Of a DNA stretch of 64,000 bases, positions 8,631 through 18,108 are shown one piece after another. The DNA is taken from positions 23,612-87,611 of the forward strand of contig MEMB01000007.1 of assembly GCA_001768735.1 (NCBI GenBank), written 5' to 3'. The position numbers and the translations under genes were made by a program. The stretch comes from Alphaproteobacteria bacterium GWF2_58_20 (GTDB taxonomy: Bacteria > Pseudomonadota > Alphaproteobacteria > UBA1247). Each line of letters opens with the position of its first letter. Position 1 is the first letter of the stretch. The notes beneath the pieces are model-generated. The model saw only the letters and a program-made list of their open reading frames with translations, had not been told where the DNA came from and searched no databases.

Positions 8631-9448
8631 AGGGCGTTGGCCTTGGCATAGGAGACAAGGCTGGTGTTGACTTTCTGCAGGAAACGCTGGGATGCCTCGG
8701 TGATGAGCCTGGTTTCCAGCTCGCGTTCAAGAATGTCGGGATTGGTTCCCGGAATGGAGGATGAAACAGAGACAACCTCGGAAGCAAGGGTTTTCTCCGT
8801 GGCGATATCCGTTTCAAGGAACAGAAGTTCAAAGGCGATGTCAAGTCCGCCTTCCTGTTTTTTTGTGAACTTGTTGTACTTGAAACCGACAAAATCCACG
8901 GCATTGACGGTAATGACAAAGCCGCGCGGCATGTTGGCCCTCGGGTCAAGGACAGTCAGGCTGTGGCCATAGGTTTCAAAATCGCGGCGCATGGTGGCAA
9001 TGAGCTTTTCATGCCGGGTGTCGCCGGGGGAACGGACCTGGAGGGAGAAGATTTCGTGCAGGCCGGTATCTTCCTTGATCATGCCCATGAGTTTGCGCAC
9101 ATCGGCGTCAATGGCGGCAAACTTGATCTCGGCGCTCACCACGCAGCGGAAGCCAATCACCTTTTTTTCCTTGCAGTTCATGTCGAAATCCGACGTGAAA
9201 TAGCGATCCCTTATGGTTTCGGGATCCCTGGCATACTTGGCCATGAAGCTGTCGCCAATGTCGCCAGCGGCCTGGTCGCCCGCTGCGGTTTCAATGGCCT
9301 GGACCAGAAGGTCCCTGAAGGCATTGTCGAGCGCCTGCTCTTCGGTTTTCCCGGTGGCAACGGTTTCCACCATTTCGGTCTTGCTTGTCTGTGCCAGGGC
9401 CGGAAAGGCGGAGGCCAGGATCATCAGGACGGCAAAAAAGCTTTTCAT
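8627..9448 (-). CDS. secreted hypothetical protein (273 aa)
   Basis: Signal peptide FFAVLMILASAFPALAQT. No motif recognised. Translationally coupled to the downstream gene. Confidence 0.5.
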   Translation of the reverse strand: MKSFFAVLMILASAFPALAQTSKTEMVETVATGKTEEQALDNAFRDLLVQAIETAAGDQAAGDIGDSFMAKYARDPETIRDRYFTSDFDMNCKEKKVIGFRCVVSAEIKFAAIDADVRKLMGMIKEDTGLHEIFSLQVRSPGDTRHEKLIATMRRDFETYGHSLTVLDPRANMPRGFVITVNAVDFVGFKYNKFTKKQEGGLDIAFELLFLETDIATEKTLASEVVSVSSSIPGTNPDILERELETRLITEASQRFLQKVNTSLVSYAKANAL

Positions 9449-9455
9449 GGGGACC

Positions 9456-10802
9456 TCAGCGGTTGGAGATGGGATCGTCGGCGATGATTTGCATCAGCGC
9501 CACAATTTTGGGGGCAAGGTCGTGTGCGGCGGCCCGAATGGCATCCATGGCGATTTCACGGGTGGTTGGGCGGATCACCCCCGTCACGACCTCAAACGCC
9601 TTGGCCCCTGAAGCGGTCGGCGTTTTGGCAGCCTTGTTCTCAATGGTCGTTGGCATCAGCTTGGGTTTTCCGCCAGGATTGGGGCGCTGGATGCGGGCCG
9701 CAAGGCCTGCGCTGAATTGCATCTGCCGTCCCAGCTTGTTTTCCGCCAGCACGGATGTGCCAGCCTTGGCGAGTCCTGCGGAAATGGTATAACCCAACAC
9801 CTGGCTTTTGCCTTTCATGCGCAGGGTTCCGGTTTCCTCAAGCGTGGAATCCACATAAAACCGCATCGGTTGTCCGTTGTCCATGCGGCCCATGCCCATG
9901 CGGTTGGCCAGCAGGCTGCCCACATTGGCCTGTGCCCATGGCGATGGCGGTGACATCAGGGCGATGCTGGAAAGGTTTTGCCGCCGCAATTCATCGGAAA
10001 CAAACTGGTGCAGGGTGTGCAGGAGTTCCAGTTTGAAGCGCTCGGTTTCCCAATTCCTGGCATCATCGCTTTCGGCACGGCCTTCGGCGCCGATGGCGCT
10101 TTCAACGAGCTGGCGGATTTCCGCAGGAGGGCCGGAGGACGGGAAATTGAAGGCGGTGAACTGAAAAACGGCATCCGCCGCATCCCGGTCCCATGTCCTG
10201 TCCGTGGCCACCCGGATGGCCAGCTCATGCAGGGTCTTTGCAAACAGGTCGCGGTAAGCAGTGGCAAGCTCGCTGCTGTTCATGGCGTGGTCGGTTACCA
10301 CGGACTGTTCGCCGACGAACAGTTTTGAGTAGATGGATTCCAGGCGGCGACGCTGGCTCATGGCCGCCTTGTCGGTAAAGATGTCCATGGTTAGCGCCAC
10401 GGAAAAGACGGTGAGGAACTGGCTTGGTGTGCCGGGGGCGGAGTAGGTCAGGGTTTCGTGTTGCGCGCGGGAAAGGTAAACGGCCACCGGATTGCCCTTC
10501 ATGGCCAAGGCGTCGGAGGCATCTGTCGGGGCCAGGACAAGATGCAGCTTTTTGACCAGATCCGTCTCCCGGGAAAGCAGGGATTGGGCCAAGGGAGTCA
10601 TTTCATCCCCGGCGAGTTCTCCGGCAACCTTGCTGACGGGCCGGACAAGGTATTTGGTCAGCTGGTTGTCGCGTCCCGGAGGCAGGTCAAAAAATGCCCC
10701 TGCGAAAAAGGTCTGTGAAATATCGGTGTTTCCGGCAGCGCGTGCCGAAAGGGGCAGGGCGAGGCTCAGGGCGAAGATCAGAGAGGCCAGACGATGTCTC
10801 AC
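9456..10802 (-). CDS. secreted hypothetical protein (448 aa), first gene of the operon
   Basis: Signal peptide LIFALSLALPLSARAAG. No motif recognised. Upstream intergenic region is divergent from the glycine-zipper lipoprotein gene. Confidence 0.5.
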   Translation of the reverse strand: MRHRLASLIFALSLALPLSARAAGNTDISQTFFAGAFFDLPPGRDNQLTKYLVRPVSKVAGELAGDEMTPLAQSLLSRETDLVKKLHLVLAPTDASDALAMKGNPVAVYLSRAQHETLTYSAPGTPSQFLTVFSVALTMDIFTDKAAMSQRRRLESIYSKLFVGEQSVVTDHAMNSSELATAYRDLFAKTLHELAIRVATDRTWDRDAADAVFQFTAFNFPSSGPPAEIRQLVESAIGAEGRAESDDARNWETERFKLELLHTLHQFVSDELRRQNLSSIALMSPPSPWAQANVGSLLANRMGMGRMDNGQPMRFYVDSTLEETGTLRMKGKSQVLGYTISAGLAKAGTSVLAENKLGRQMQFSAGLAARIQRPNPGGKPKLMPTTIENKAAKTPTASGAKAFEVVTGVIRPTTREIAMDAIRAAAHDLAPKIVALMQIIADDPISNR

Positions 10803-10934
10803 AAACAGTCTCCTTGGAAGATGGTCGCAGGTGTTTGTCCTCCCCCTTCATAACAGATGGAGAAAAAACTTTCACCCCCGTTCATATGCATGGATGAGGC
10901 TAAAAAGATCCGAGCGACAAAAAAAGAAGGAGAA

Positions 10935-11264
10935 ATGAAGATGACAAGGCATGATTTCAGGAAGGTTTCCATGGCTGTGGCGGCCTGCGCCCTGCTGGCA
11001 GGATGCGTGACCAGCGGCAACCAGCCCGGGAGCGCCATGGTTGGCGGCGTTCTGGGCGGGCTTGCCGGATCGCAGTTTGGTTCAGGAGAGGGACGGCTGG
11101 CAATGACCGCAGCCGGGGCCGCTCTCGGGGCTCTGGCCGGACAGTCTGCCGGGGAATCGCTTGACCGGGCGGATGCGGTTTATTATGGGCAGCAAGCCTA
11201 TCGCAATGAACGGCAGGACTACCGCTCCCACCACCATCCATCCAGGACATATCGGGCCTGGTAA
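10935..11264 (+). CDS. glycine-zipper outer-membrane lipoprotein (17-kDa antigen / SlyB-like)
   Basis: AAGGAGA RBS. Lipobox LLAGCVTSG. Gly-zipper GGVLGGLAGSQFGSGEG ... GAALGALAG. Confidence 0.65.
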   Translation: MKMTRHDFRKVSMAVAACALLAGCVTSGNQPGSAMVGGVLGGLAGSQFGSGEGRLAMTAAGAALGALAGQSAGESLDRADAVYYGQQAYRNERQDYRSHHHPSRTYRAW

Positions 11265-11370
11265 CAAAAAATGCGTCGGGGCTTGCCGAAAGACTCCGGC
11301 GCTGGCAGAATGAAGGGTATCCGCCACCATGGTGTGCGGATGCCCTTTTTGTTTTCACGGGATGGACATC

Positions 11371-11763
11371 ATGCTTGTCAGGATGCGTTTTTTCTTTTGT
11401 TGCGCGGTTGTTTTGGCGCTTTCGGCATGTGCGGTGCCGGATCAGGGTGCAGGCAGCATGGCGGGGTCTCCGATGGAAAATTCCGGGGGATCCGCGGTTT
11501 CGTTTCGTCATTATGCCATAGACTTTGTGGATTTTCGCGGCGATGAACTGGCCGAGGTTTCCTTCCGTCTTGAACAGCTCCCCGGTTATCGCAGCCTGCG
11601 CATTGCGGAGAGTACCGGCGCCACCTTGCGGATATGGTATGAAACCACCCTGCCTGCTCCGGTCCTGCGGAGCTTCATCAGCCGCATCATGACGTCCATG
11701 GGCCGCAATGTGAATATCCACATGGAAGGCGCTGATCATATCAGGGTGGAAACCCTTTATTAA
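11371..11763 (+). CDS. small lipoprotein, unknown function
   Basis: Signal/lipobox MRFFFCCAVVLALSACA. The start among the in-frame ATGs at 11329, 11371 and 11383 is uncertain. Confidence 0.45.
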   Translation: MLVRMRFFFCCAVVLALSACAVPDQGAGSMAGSPMENSGGSAVSFRHYAIDFVDFRGDELAEVSFRLEQLPGYRSLRIAESTGATLRIWYETTLPAPVLRSFISRIMTSMGRNVNIHMEGADHIRVETLY

Positions 11764-11778
11764 AGGAGAAGAACCGGC

Positions 11779-13104
11779 ATGAACGGGATCAGGCATTTGT
11801 GGCGACAGGGGTTTGCCTTGCTCCTGCTGGCGCTTGTCTGCCTTCCGGCGCAGGCCGCGCCTTTCGTGTCTGGGGTGCGTTTCGGCCAGCATCCCGACAA
11901 GTTGCGCATTGTTCTGGATGTGGGGGAAAAGGCCGGATTCCAGCCGGCCGTTTTTGAAGATCCGTGGCGGGTGGTTGTGTCTTTTGATGGCATGAAATCG
12001 GCCCACTTGCCGGCCACCCTTTCAGGGAAGGGGGCTTTGCCGGTGCTCCGCTATGGCGCGGATGAAAAAACCGACAGCCTGGTTTTTGAAACGCAAGGGC
12101 CAGTGCAAATCCTTGACAGTTTTTTCCTTCCCGGCGAAGGAGAAAAGTCTCCCCGCATTGTTCTGGACATTGCATCCCTTGCCAGCCTTTCCTCTGGAAA
12201 AAATGTCCTGTCTCCTGCCGCAAGGGGAGGGGAATCCACATCTTCGTCCCTTTCGCAATCCTCCGCGGGAGATGCCGCTGCGCTTTCGGCCATCATTGGC
12301 GGACTGGTGGATGGAGGAAAAGGCCAGGAGAAGACATCCCCGCCTGAACAGGAAGTGGTTCCTGCGCCTGCGGGTCAGGCCAGCATGCCTCCTCCTGCTC
12401 CGCGCGCGCGCAAGGTGGTGGTGCTGGATCCGGGGCATGGCGGACGCGATCCGGGCGCCATCGGAGCGGATGGGACATTTGAGAAAACCATTACGCTGGC
12501 CGTGGCGAAGTCCTTGCGGACGGAACTGGAGAAAAGCGGCAAATACAAGGTTCTTCTGACCCGCGAGGATGACCGGACGCTGCGCCTGTCAGACCGGGTG
12601 AAATTTGCCCGGAATGCCAAGGCCGACCTGTTCGTGTCGCTGCATGCCGATTCCATTGAGGCCGGACAGGCCTCCGGGGCTTCTTTTTATACCCTGTCCG
12701 ACAAGGCATCGGACGGGGCGACCGCGCGGCTGGTGGCCCGCGAAAATCGTGCCGACATCATTGCCGGGCTTGACCTGAGCGAGGAAAGCGCCGACGTGGC
12801 GGGCATCCTGATCGATCTTGCCATGCGCGAAACACAGAACCAGTCGCACCTGCTGTCGCGTCAGGTTGTGTCTGCCATGACGTCGGCGGGCATTACGCTG
12901 CTGGAAAACCCGCAACGTTCTGCGGGATTTGCGGTTCTCAAGGCGCCGGATGTGCCTTCGCTCCTGGTGGAAATGGGATATGTGTCCAGCCGCAAGGAAG
13001 TGGCGCTTTTAAAAAATCCCAAGCACCAGCACCGTCTGGCCGGGGCCCTGCACAACGGGCTTGATGGATATTTCTCCTGGCTGGAAGGGGTCAGTGGACG
13101 ATGA
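11779..13104 (+). CDS. amiC: N-acetylmuramoyl-L-alanine amidase with N-terminal AMIN domain
   Basis: Amidase_3 core (VVVLDPGHGGRDPGAIG ... ADLFVSLHADS) after a signal peptide and an AMIN-like domain. Confidence 0.85.
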   Translation: MNGIRHLWRQGFALLLLALVCLPAQAAPFVSGVRFGQHPDKLRIVLDVGEKAGFQPAVFEDPWRVVVSFDGMKSAHLPATLSGKGALPVLRYGADEKTDSLVFETQGPVQILDSFFLPGEGEKSPRIVLDIASLASLSSGKNVLSPAARGGESTSSSLSQSSAGDAAALSAIIGGLVDGGKGQEKTSPPEQEVVPAPAGQASMPPPAPRARKVVVLDPGHGGRDPGAIGADGTFEKTITLAVAKSLRTELEKSGKYKVLLTREDDRTLRLSDRVKFARNAKADLFVSLHADSIEAGQASGASFYTLSDKASDGATARLVARENRADIIAGLDLSEESADVAGILIDLAMRETQNQSHLLSRQVVSAMTSAGITLLENPQRSAGFAVLKAPDVPSLLVEMGYVSSRKEVALLKNPKHQHRLAGALHNGLDGYFSWLEGVSGR

Positions 13105-15539
13105 GGGTCCGGGATTTTTTCCTTTCCGCAATGTCCTGGGGATTGCTTTGCCTTATCCTGGTGCTGGCCACGGGGTGGTTTGTGCTGGCGCGTTTCACCA
13201 GGGACATTCCCGATTATCGCCAGCTTGTAGGGTACCAGCTTCCGGTGGTTACCCGGGTACATGCCGGGGATGGCCGACTCATGGTGTCCTTTGCCAAGGA
13301 AGACCGGGCCTTTGTGCCGATTTCCGCCATTCCGCCGCTGGTACGGCAGGCCTTTATTTCCGCCGAGGACAAGAATTTCTATCACCATGCGGGCGTGGAT
13401 CCGACAGGAATCCTGCGGGCGGTGGCCACCAACCTGAAGCACTTGGGCCAGGCGCGGCGTCTGGTGGGGGCTTCCACCATTACCCAGCAGGTGGCCAAGA
13501 ACTTTCTCCTGACCAGCGAAGTTTCGGTGGAGCGAAAGGTCAAGGAAGCCATTCTGGCTTTCCGTATCGAGCAGGCGCTTTCCAAGGAAACCATCCTCGA
13601 GCTTTATCTCAACAAGATTTATCTCGGGGCGGGGTCTTATGGCGTGGCAGCGGCAGCGCTGGACTATTTCGACAAGTCGCTGGATGAACTGACCATTGCC
13701 GAAATGGCCTATCTGGCGGGGTTGCCCAAGGCACCCAACAACTACAATCCTGTCCGTAACCATGATGCCGCTGTCATCCGCCGCAATTATGTGGTTGACC
13801 GCATGCGCGAGGATGGGGCGATCAGCACGGAAGCGGCAGAGGAAGCCAAGGTCCAGCCGCTGGGCGTGAAGCCACGCAAGGGGGCGGATACCGTGGAAGC
13901 GGGCTATTTCCTGGAGGAGGTCCGGCGCGAGCTGATGGATGCCTATGGGGAATATGGCCTTTATTCCGGAGGACTGTCCGTACGGACCACGCTGGATTCC
14001 CGGCTGCAGGATGTGGCCGATACGTCCCTCGCATGGGGACTTGAGGAATATGACCGTCGGCGCGGGACATGGCGCGGACCTGTGGCGCGTCTGGCTAGCC
14101 TCTATGATTGGCAGCCTGCGCTGGCCCAGATGGTGGTGCCGCCAGGAGGGGAACGTTTTGCGCTGGCCGTGGTTCTGGAAGTGCGTGCCGACCATGCGTC
14201 CATCGGCCTGGTGGACGGAAAAACCGGAAACATTCCGCTGGAGGAGGCCAAATGGGCGCGCCGCCTGAACCGGGATGGAACGCGCGGGCCTGTTCCTTCC
14301 AGCATGGACGATGTGCTTTCGCCCGGGGATATCGTGTATGTGCGGGCTGTGGAAGGCAAGCCGGAACAGTTTTCCCTGCGGCAGGTTCCACGGGTGGAGG
14401 GGGCGATTGTGGCACTGGATCCACATACCGGGCGCGTCCTTGCCATGAGCGGCGGCTGGAGCTACCGGGTCAGCCAGTACAACCGCGCCATCCAGGCCAG
14501 CCGGCAAACAGGGTCTTCCTTCAAGCCGTTTGTATTTCTGGCTGCGCTGGATGCCGGGTTGACGCCTGCAACCCTGGTGCTGGATGCGCCGCTGGAAATG
14601 GATCAGGGGCCCGGGCTGCCCATGTGGGCGCCGAAGAATTACCATGATGAATACCTGGGGGCCGTTCCCTTGCGCGTTGGTCTTGAAAAATCGCGCAACC
14701 TGATGACCGTGCGGCTGGCCCAATATACCGGCATGGAGAAGATTGTCGATTACGCCAAGCGTTTTGGCGTGGTGCGGAACATGCCGCCCCATTATGCCAT
14801 GGCCCTGGGCGCGGGGGAGAGCACGGCGCTGCGCATGGCCAGCGCTTATGCCGTGTTTGTCAATGGCGGCAAGCAGATTGTTCCCACCCTGATTGACCGG
14901 GTGCAGGACCGGAGCGGCCATACACTTTACCGGCATGACCAGCGGCCCTGCCCGAATTGTGACGATGTGTCGTGGGGGCGGCAGAATGCTCCGGAAATTC
15001 CCGACATGCGGGCGCAGATCGCCGACCCGGTGTCGGCCTACCAGATTGTTTCCATGCTGCAGGGCGTGGTGCAGCGCGGTACGGCCGCTTCGGTGGGCTG
15101 GAAGCTGAAACGTCCGCTGGCGGGCAAGACCGGCACCACGAATGACAGCCGCGATGCCTGGTTTGTCGGTTTTTCTCCCGATCTCGTCGTGGCCACCTAT
15201 ATCGGTTATGACGCCCCGGAATCCCTTGGCAAGCAGGAAACCGGTTCTTCGGTAGCCGTGCCGGTGTTTGCGCGGTTCATGGAGGCAGCGTTGGCGGATA
15301 CGCCAGCCACGCCCTTCCGGGTGCCGCCGGGGGTGCGCATGGTCAAGATCAACCATGATACGGGGGAACTGGCCAGGCCGGGAGACAAGACGGTGATCTG
15401 GGAAGCCTTCCGCAGCGGAACCGAGCCTGGCGCCGATTCGCCACAGGGTGTTCTTGGGGAAGAAGGATTCATGGTGCCGCAAAAAGGCCATCCCACCATG
15501 CGTCCGGATGCAACCACCGGTACGGGCGGGCTTTACTGA
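13101..15539 (+). CDS. mrcA: penicillin-binding protein 1A (bifunctional transglycosylase/transpeptidase)
   Basis: Glycosyltransferase motifs (ISAEDKNFYHHAGVD, ITQQVAKN) and transpeptidase motifs (SSFKP, SRN, KTGTT). 4-bp overlap with amiC. Confidence 0.9.
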   Translation: MRVRDFFLSAMSWGLLCLILVLATGWFVLARFTRDIPDYRQLVGYQLPVVTRVHAGDGRLMVSFAKEDRAFVPISAIPPLVRQAFISAEDKNFYHHAGVDPTGILRAVATNLKHLGQARRLVGASTITQQVAKNFLLTSEVSVERKVKEAILAFRIEQALSKETILELYLNKIYLGAGSYGVAAAALDYFDKSLDELTIAEMAYLAGLPKAPNNYNPVRNHDAAVIRRNYVVDRMREDGAISTEAAEEAKVQPLGVKPRKGADTVEAGYFLEEVRRELMDAYGEYGLYSGGLSVRTTLDSRLQDVADTSLAWGLEEYDRRRGTWRGPVARLASLYDWQPALAQMVVPPGGERFALAVVLEVRADHASIGLVDGKTGNIPLEEAKWARRLNRDGTRGPVPSSMDDVLSPGDIVYVRAVEGKPEQFSLRQVPRVEGAIVALDPHTGRVLAMSGGWSYRVSQYNRAIQASRQTGSSFKPFVFLAALDAGLTPATLVLDAPLEMDQGPGLPMWAPKNYHDEYLGAVPLRVGLEKSRNLMTVRLAQYTGMEKIVDYAKRFGVVRNMPPHYAMALGAGESTALRMASAYAVFVNGGKQIVPTLIDRVQDRSGHTLYRHDQRPCPNCDDVSWGRQNAPEIPDMRAQIADPVSAYQIVSMLQGVVQRGTAASVGWKLKRPLAGKTGTTNDSRDAWFVGFSPDLVVATYIGYDAPESLGKQETGSSVAVPVFARFMEAALADTPATPFRVPPGVRMVKINHDTGELARPGDKTVIWEAFRSGTEPGADSPQGVLGEEGFMVPQKGHPTMRPDATTGTGGLY

Positions 15540-15677
15540 AAATTTCCCTTTTCCTGACGGGAAATGCCGGCAATGTTTTCCGGCATGATTCGACGGGCCG
15601 CGCGTTTTTCCGGACGTCCTTTCTTTGGCGGCAATGTCAAGAAAAAATTTTCAAAAAAAATGCTTGCAGCGGGCATC

Positions 15678-15730
15678 ATGGCATATATGATGTGTATATC
15701 AACTCTTTTGCCATACAACATATAGTAGGT
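15678..15730. promoter_or_regulatory. two NrdR-box-like AT palindromes upstream of nrdD (weak)
   Basis: atggcATATATgatgt (15678-15693) and acaacATATAgtaggt (15715-15730) resemble the ACACwATATATwGTGT NrdR box. Spacing of 37 bp is atypical. Confidence 0.25.
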
Positions 15731-15848
15731 CGTGCAAGCGACGGAAAACTGGAAACCCTTGTTTCCTTATGGTGAATCCCAGACGTACGGGATGCCTTGG
15801 TTCCAGTTCTTGTATGTCCGGACAGACGAAGAAGGAGAATCAGGGGTC

Positions 15849-17903
15849 ATGGAAACAGGCGAGCAGGCACTTCTTTTCCAGTTGCCGGAAACCCCGCTTC
15901 CCGAGCTTGTTGTCAAGCGTGACGGAACCAAGGTTGTTTTTGATGAAAGCCGAATCCTTGCCACAATCCGCAAGGCGGCTTTTGAGACCCGTGAATTTGG
16001 CGAGGAAGATGCCAACATGCTGGCCGCGCAGGTGGTCAAGGTGGTGCGGCATCGGTTTACCGGACGCCAGCCATCGGTTGAGCAGGTGCAGGATGTTGTC
16101 GAGCAGTGCCTGATTTCCGCCAACCACATGGAAACCGCGCGCGCCTTCATCGTTTACCGCGAGCAGCACAGCCGCCTGCGCGGTGAGCGCAAGGTGCATG
16201 TCGATGCGGTGGCATCGGTCAATGAATATCTCGAGAGGATCGACTGGCGGGTGAACGCCAACGCCAACCAGGGCTATTCCCTTGGCGGGATGATTCTCAA
16301 CGTGGCGGGCAAGGTGACAGCCAATTACTGGCTCAGCCATGTCTATCCGCCCTATGTGGGCGAGGCGCACCGCAATGGCGATGTGCATATTCATGATCTC
16401 GACATGCTGTCGGGCTATTGCGCGGGCTGGTCGTTGCGCAACCTTCTGAATGAAGGCCTCAATGGCGTGCCCGGAAAGATCGAGGCCAAGCCACCCAGCC
16501 ACCTGTCAAGCGCGCTGGGGCAGGCCGTCAATTTCCTGGGGTCGCTGCAGAACGAATGGGCGGGCGCGCAGGCCTTCAGTTCGTTCGACACCTATCTTGC
16601 GCCCTTCGTCCGCAAGGACAAGATGTCCTATGAGGAAGTGAAGCAGAATATCCAGGTGTTCATCTACAACATGAACAGCCCGTCGCGCTGGGGCACGCAG
16701 ACACCGTTCACCAATCTCACCCTTGACTGGACCTGTCCCGAGGACGTGAAAAACCAGGTTCCGCTCATCGGCGGCAAGGAAATGCCGTTCACCTATGGTG
16801 AATTGCAGGCCGAGATGGACATGATCAACCGCGCCTACATCGAGGTGATGACTGCGGGCGACGCCAAGGGCCGCATTTTTACCTTTCCCATTCCCACTTA
16901 CAACATCACGCCCGATTTTACCTGGGATTCGGAAAATGCGAACCTGCTGTTCGAGATGACGGCGAAATACGGGCTGCCCTATTTCCAGAATTTCCTCAAC
17001 TCCGACCTCGCGCCCAACATGGTGCGCTCCATGTGCTGCCGGTTGCAGCTGGACCTGCGCGAGCTGCTCAAGCGCGGCAACGGCCTCTTTGGTTCCGCCG
17101 AGCAGACAGGCTCCGTGGGTGTGGTCACCATCAACTGCGCGCGTCTTGGCTACCTCTATTCCGGCAATCTTGACGGCATGCTGGAACGTCTGGGCGAACT
17201 GATGGACCTGGGCAAGGTCAGCCTCGAGATCAAGCGCAAGACCATCCAGCGCGGAATTGACATCGGCCTGTACCCGTTTACCAAGCGGTATCTTGGCACG
17301 TTGCGCAACCATTTCTCGACCATTGGCATCAATGGCGTCAACGAGATGATCCGCAACTTCACCAAGGATGCCTATGACATCGCCACGGTTGATGGCAAGG
17401 CCCTGGCCGAGCGTGTTCTGGATTTCTGCCGCGAGCGGCTGGTGGCCTATCAGGAAGAAACCGGCCATCTCTACAATCTTGAAGCGACGCCGGCGGAAGG
17501 CACCACCTACCGTTTTGCGCGCGAAGACAAGAAGCGTTATCCCGACATTCTGCAGGCCGGTGAGCCGGATGCGCCCTATTACACCAATTCTTCCCAGCTT
17601 CCGGCGGGATTCGGGGATGATCCGATCGCTGCGCTCGACCATCAGGAAACCCTGCAGCGCAAATATACGGGGGGCACCGTGTTCCACATGTTCCTGACCG
17701 AGCGGGTGACGGATTCTTCCGCCTGCAAGGCGCTGGTGCGCCGGGTACTGGAGCGTTACCGGATTCCCTACCTCACCATCACCCCCACCTTTTCAGTTTG
17801 TCCGCGCCACGGCTACATTGCGGGCGAACACAAATACTGCCCGAAATGCGATGCCGAGCTGATTGCACGCAAGCGGGCGGACATTGCAGCAGCGAGTTCA
17901 TGA
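15849..17903 (+). CDS. nrdD: anaerobic ribonucleoside-triphosphate reductase large protein (class III RNR) lacking the C-terminal glycyl-radical motif
   Basis: ATG at 15849 with a GAAGGAGAA RBS; the track ORF runs from 15732. N-terminal ATP-cone (VVKRDGTKVVFDESRIL). The ORF ends right after a Cys/His zinc ribbon (CPRHG ... CPKCD), with no RVxGY motif. Confidence 0.85.
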   Translation: METGEQALLFQLPETPLPELVVKRDGTKVVFDESRILATIRKAAFETREFGEEDANMLAAQVVKVVRHRFTGRQPSVEQVQDVVEQCLISANHMETARAFIVYREQHSRLRGERKVHVDAVASVNEYLERIDWRVNANANQGYSLGGMILNVAGKVTANYWLSHVYPPYVGEAHRNGDVHIHDLDMLSGYCAGWSLRNLLNEGLNGVPGKIEAKPPSHLSSALGQAVNFLGSLQNEWAGAQAFSSFDTYLAPFVRKDKMSYEEVKQNIQVFIYNMNSPSRWGTQTPFTNLTLDWTCPEDVKNQVPLIGGKEMPFTYGELQAEMDMINRAYIEVMTAGDAKGRIFTFPIPTYNITPDFTWDSENANLLFEMTAKYGLPYFQNFLNSDLAPNMVRSMCCRLQLDLRELLKRGNGLFGSAEQTGSVGVVTINCARLGYLYSGNLDGMLERLGELMDLGKVSLEIKRKTIQRGIDIGLYPFTKRYLGTLRNHFSTIGINGVNEMIRNFTKDAYDIATVDGKALAERVLDFCRERLVAYQEETGHLYNLEATPAEGTTYRFAREDKKRYPDILQAGEPDAPYYTNSSQLPAGFGDDPIAALDHQETLQRKYTGGTVFHMFLTERVTDSSACKALVRRVLERYRIPYLTITPTFSVCPRHGYIAGEHKYCPKCDAELIARKRADIAAASS

Positions 17904-17922
17904 CATTCAAGGGAGAAAAAAC

Positions 17923-18108
17923 ATGACACCACCCAACCAGAATGGCGCGGTCGAGATTATCCTGAAGGACGAGGAACGCCAGCCCTGTGAAATCTGGACG
18001 CGTGTGATGGGTTATCATCGCCCGGTGTCGGAATTCAATATCGGCAAGAAGGCGGAGTTCCGCGAGCGCGTGGCCTTCCGCGAGAGCCGTTGTGAAACCA
18101 GCGCCTGA
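17923..18108 (+). CDS. stand-alone glycyl-radical domain protein (NrdD C-terminal module encoded separately)
   Basis: Own RBS AAGGGAG 8 nt upstream of ATG 17923. Contains RVMGYHRPVSEFNIGKKAEF, the glycyl-radical loop of class III RNRs. 61 aa. Confidence 0.65.
   Translation: MTPPNQNGAVEIILKDEERQPCEIWTRVMGYHRPVSEFNIGKKAEFRERVAFRESRCETSA

Noticed and set aside
12861-15491. 876-aa minus-strand ORF spanning the whole of mrcA
   Set aside because: Antisense to a well-supported PBP1A gene. Its protein is Arg/Pro/Gly-rich low-complexity, typical of GC-rich antisense frames.
15690-15706. FNR box upstream of nrdD (TGATgtgtatATCAA)
   Set aside because: The half-site spacing is 6 nt rather than the 4 nt of the TTGAT-N4-ATCAA consensus.
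16506-17687. 393-aa minus-strand ORF inside nrdD
   Set aside because: Antisense to nrdD, with no motifs.
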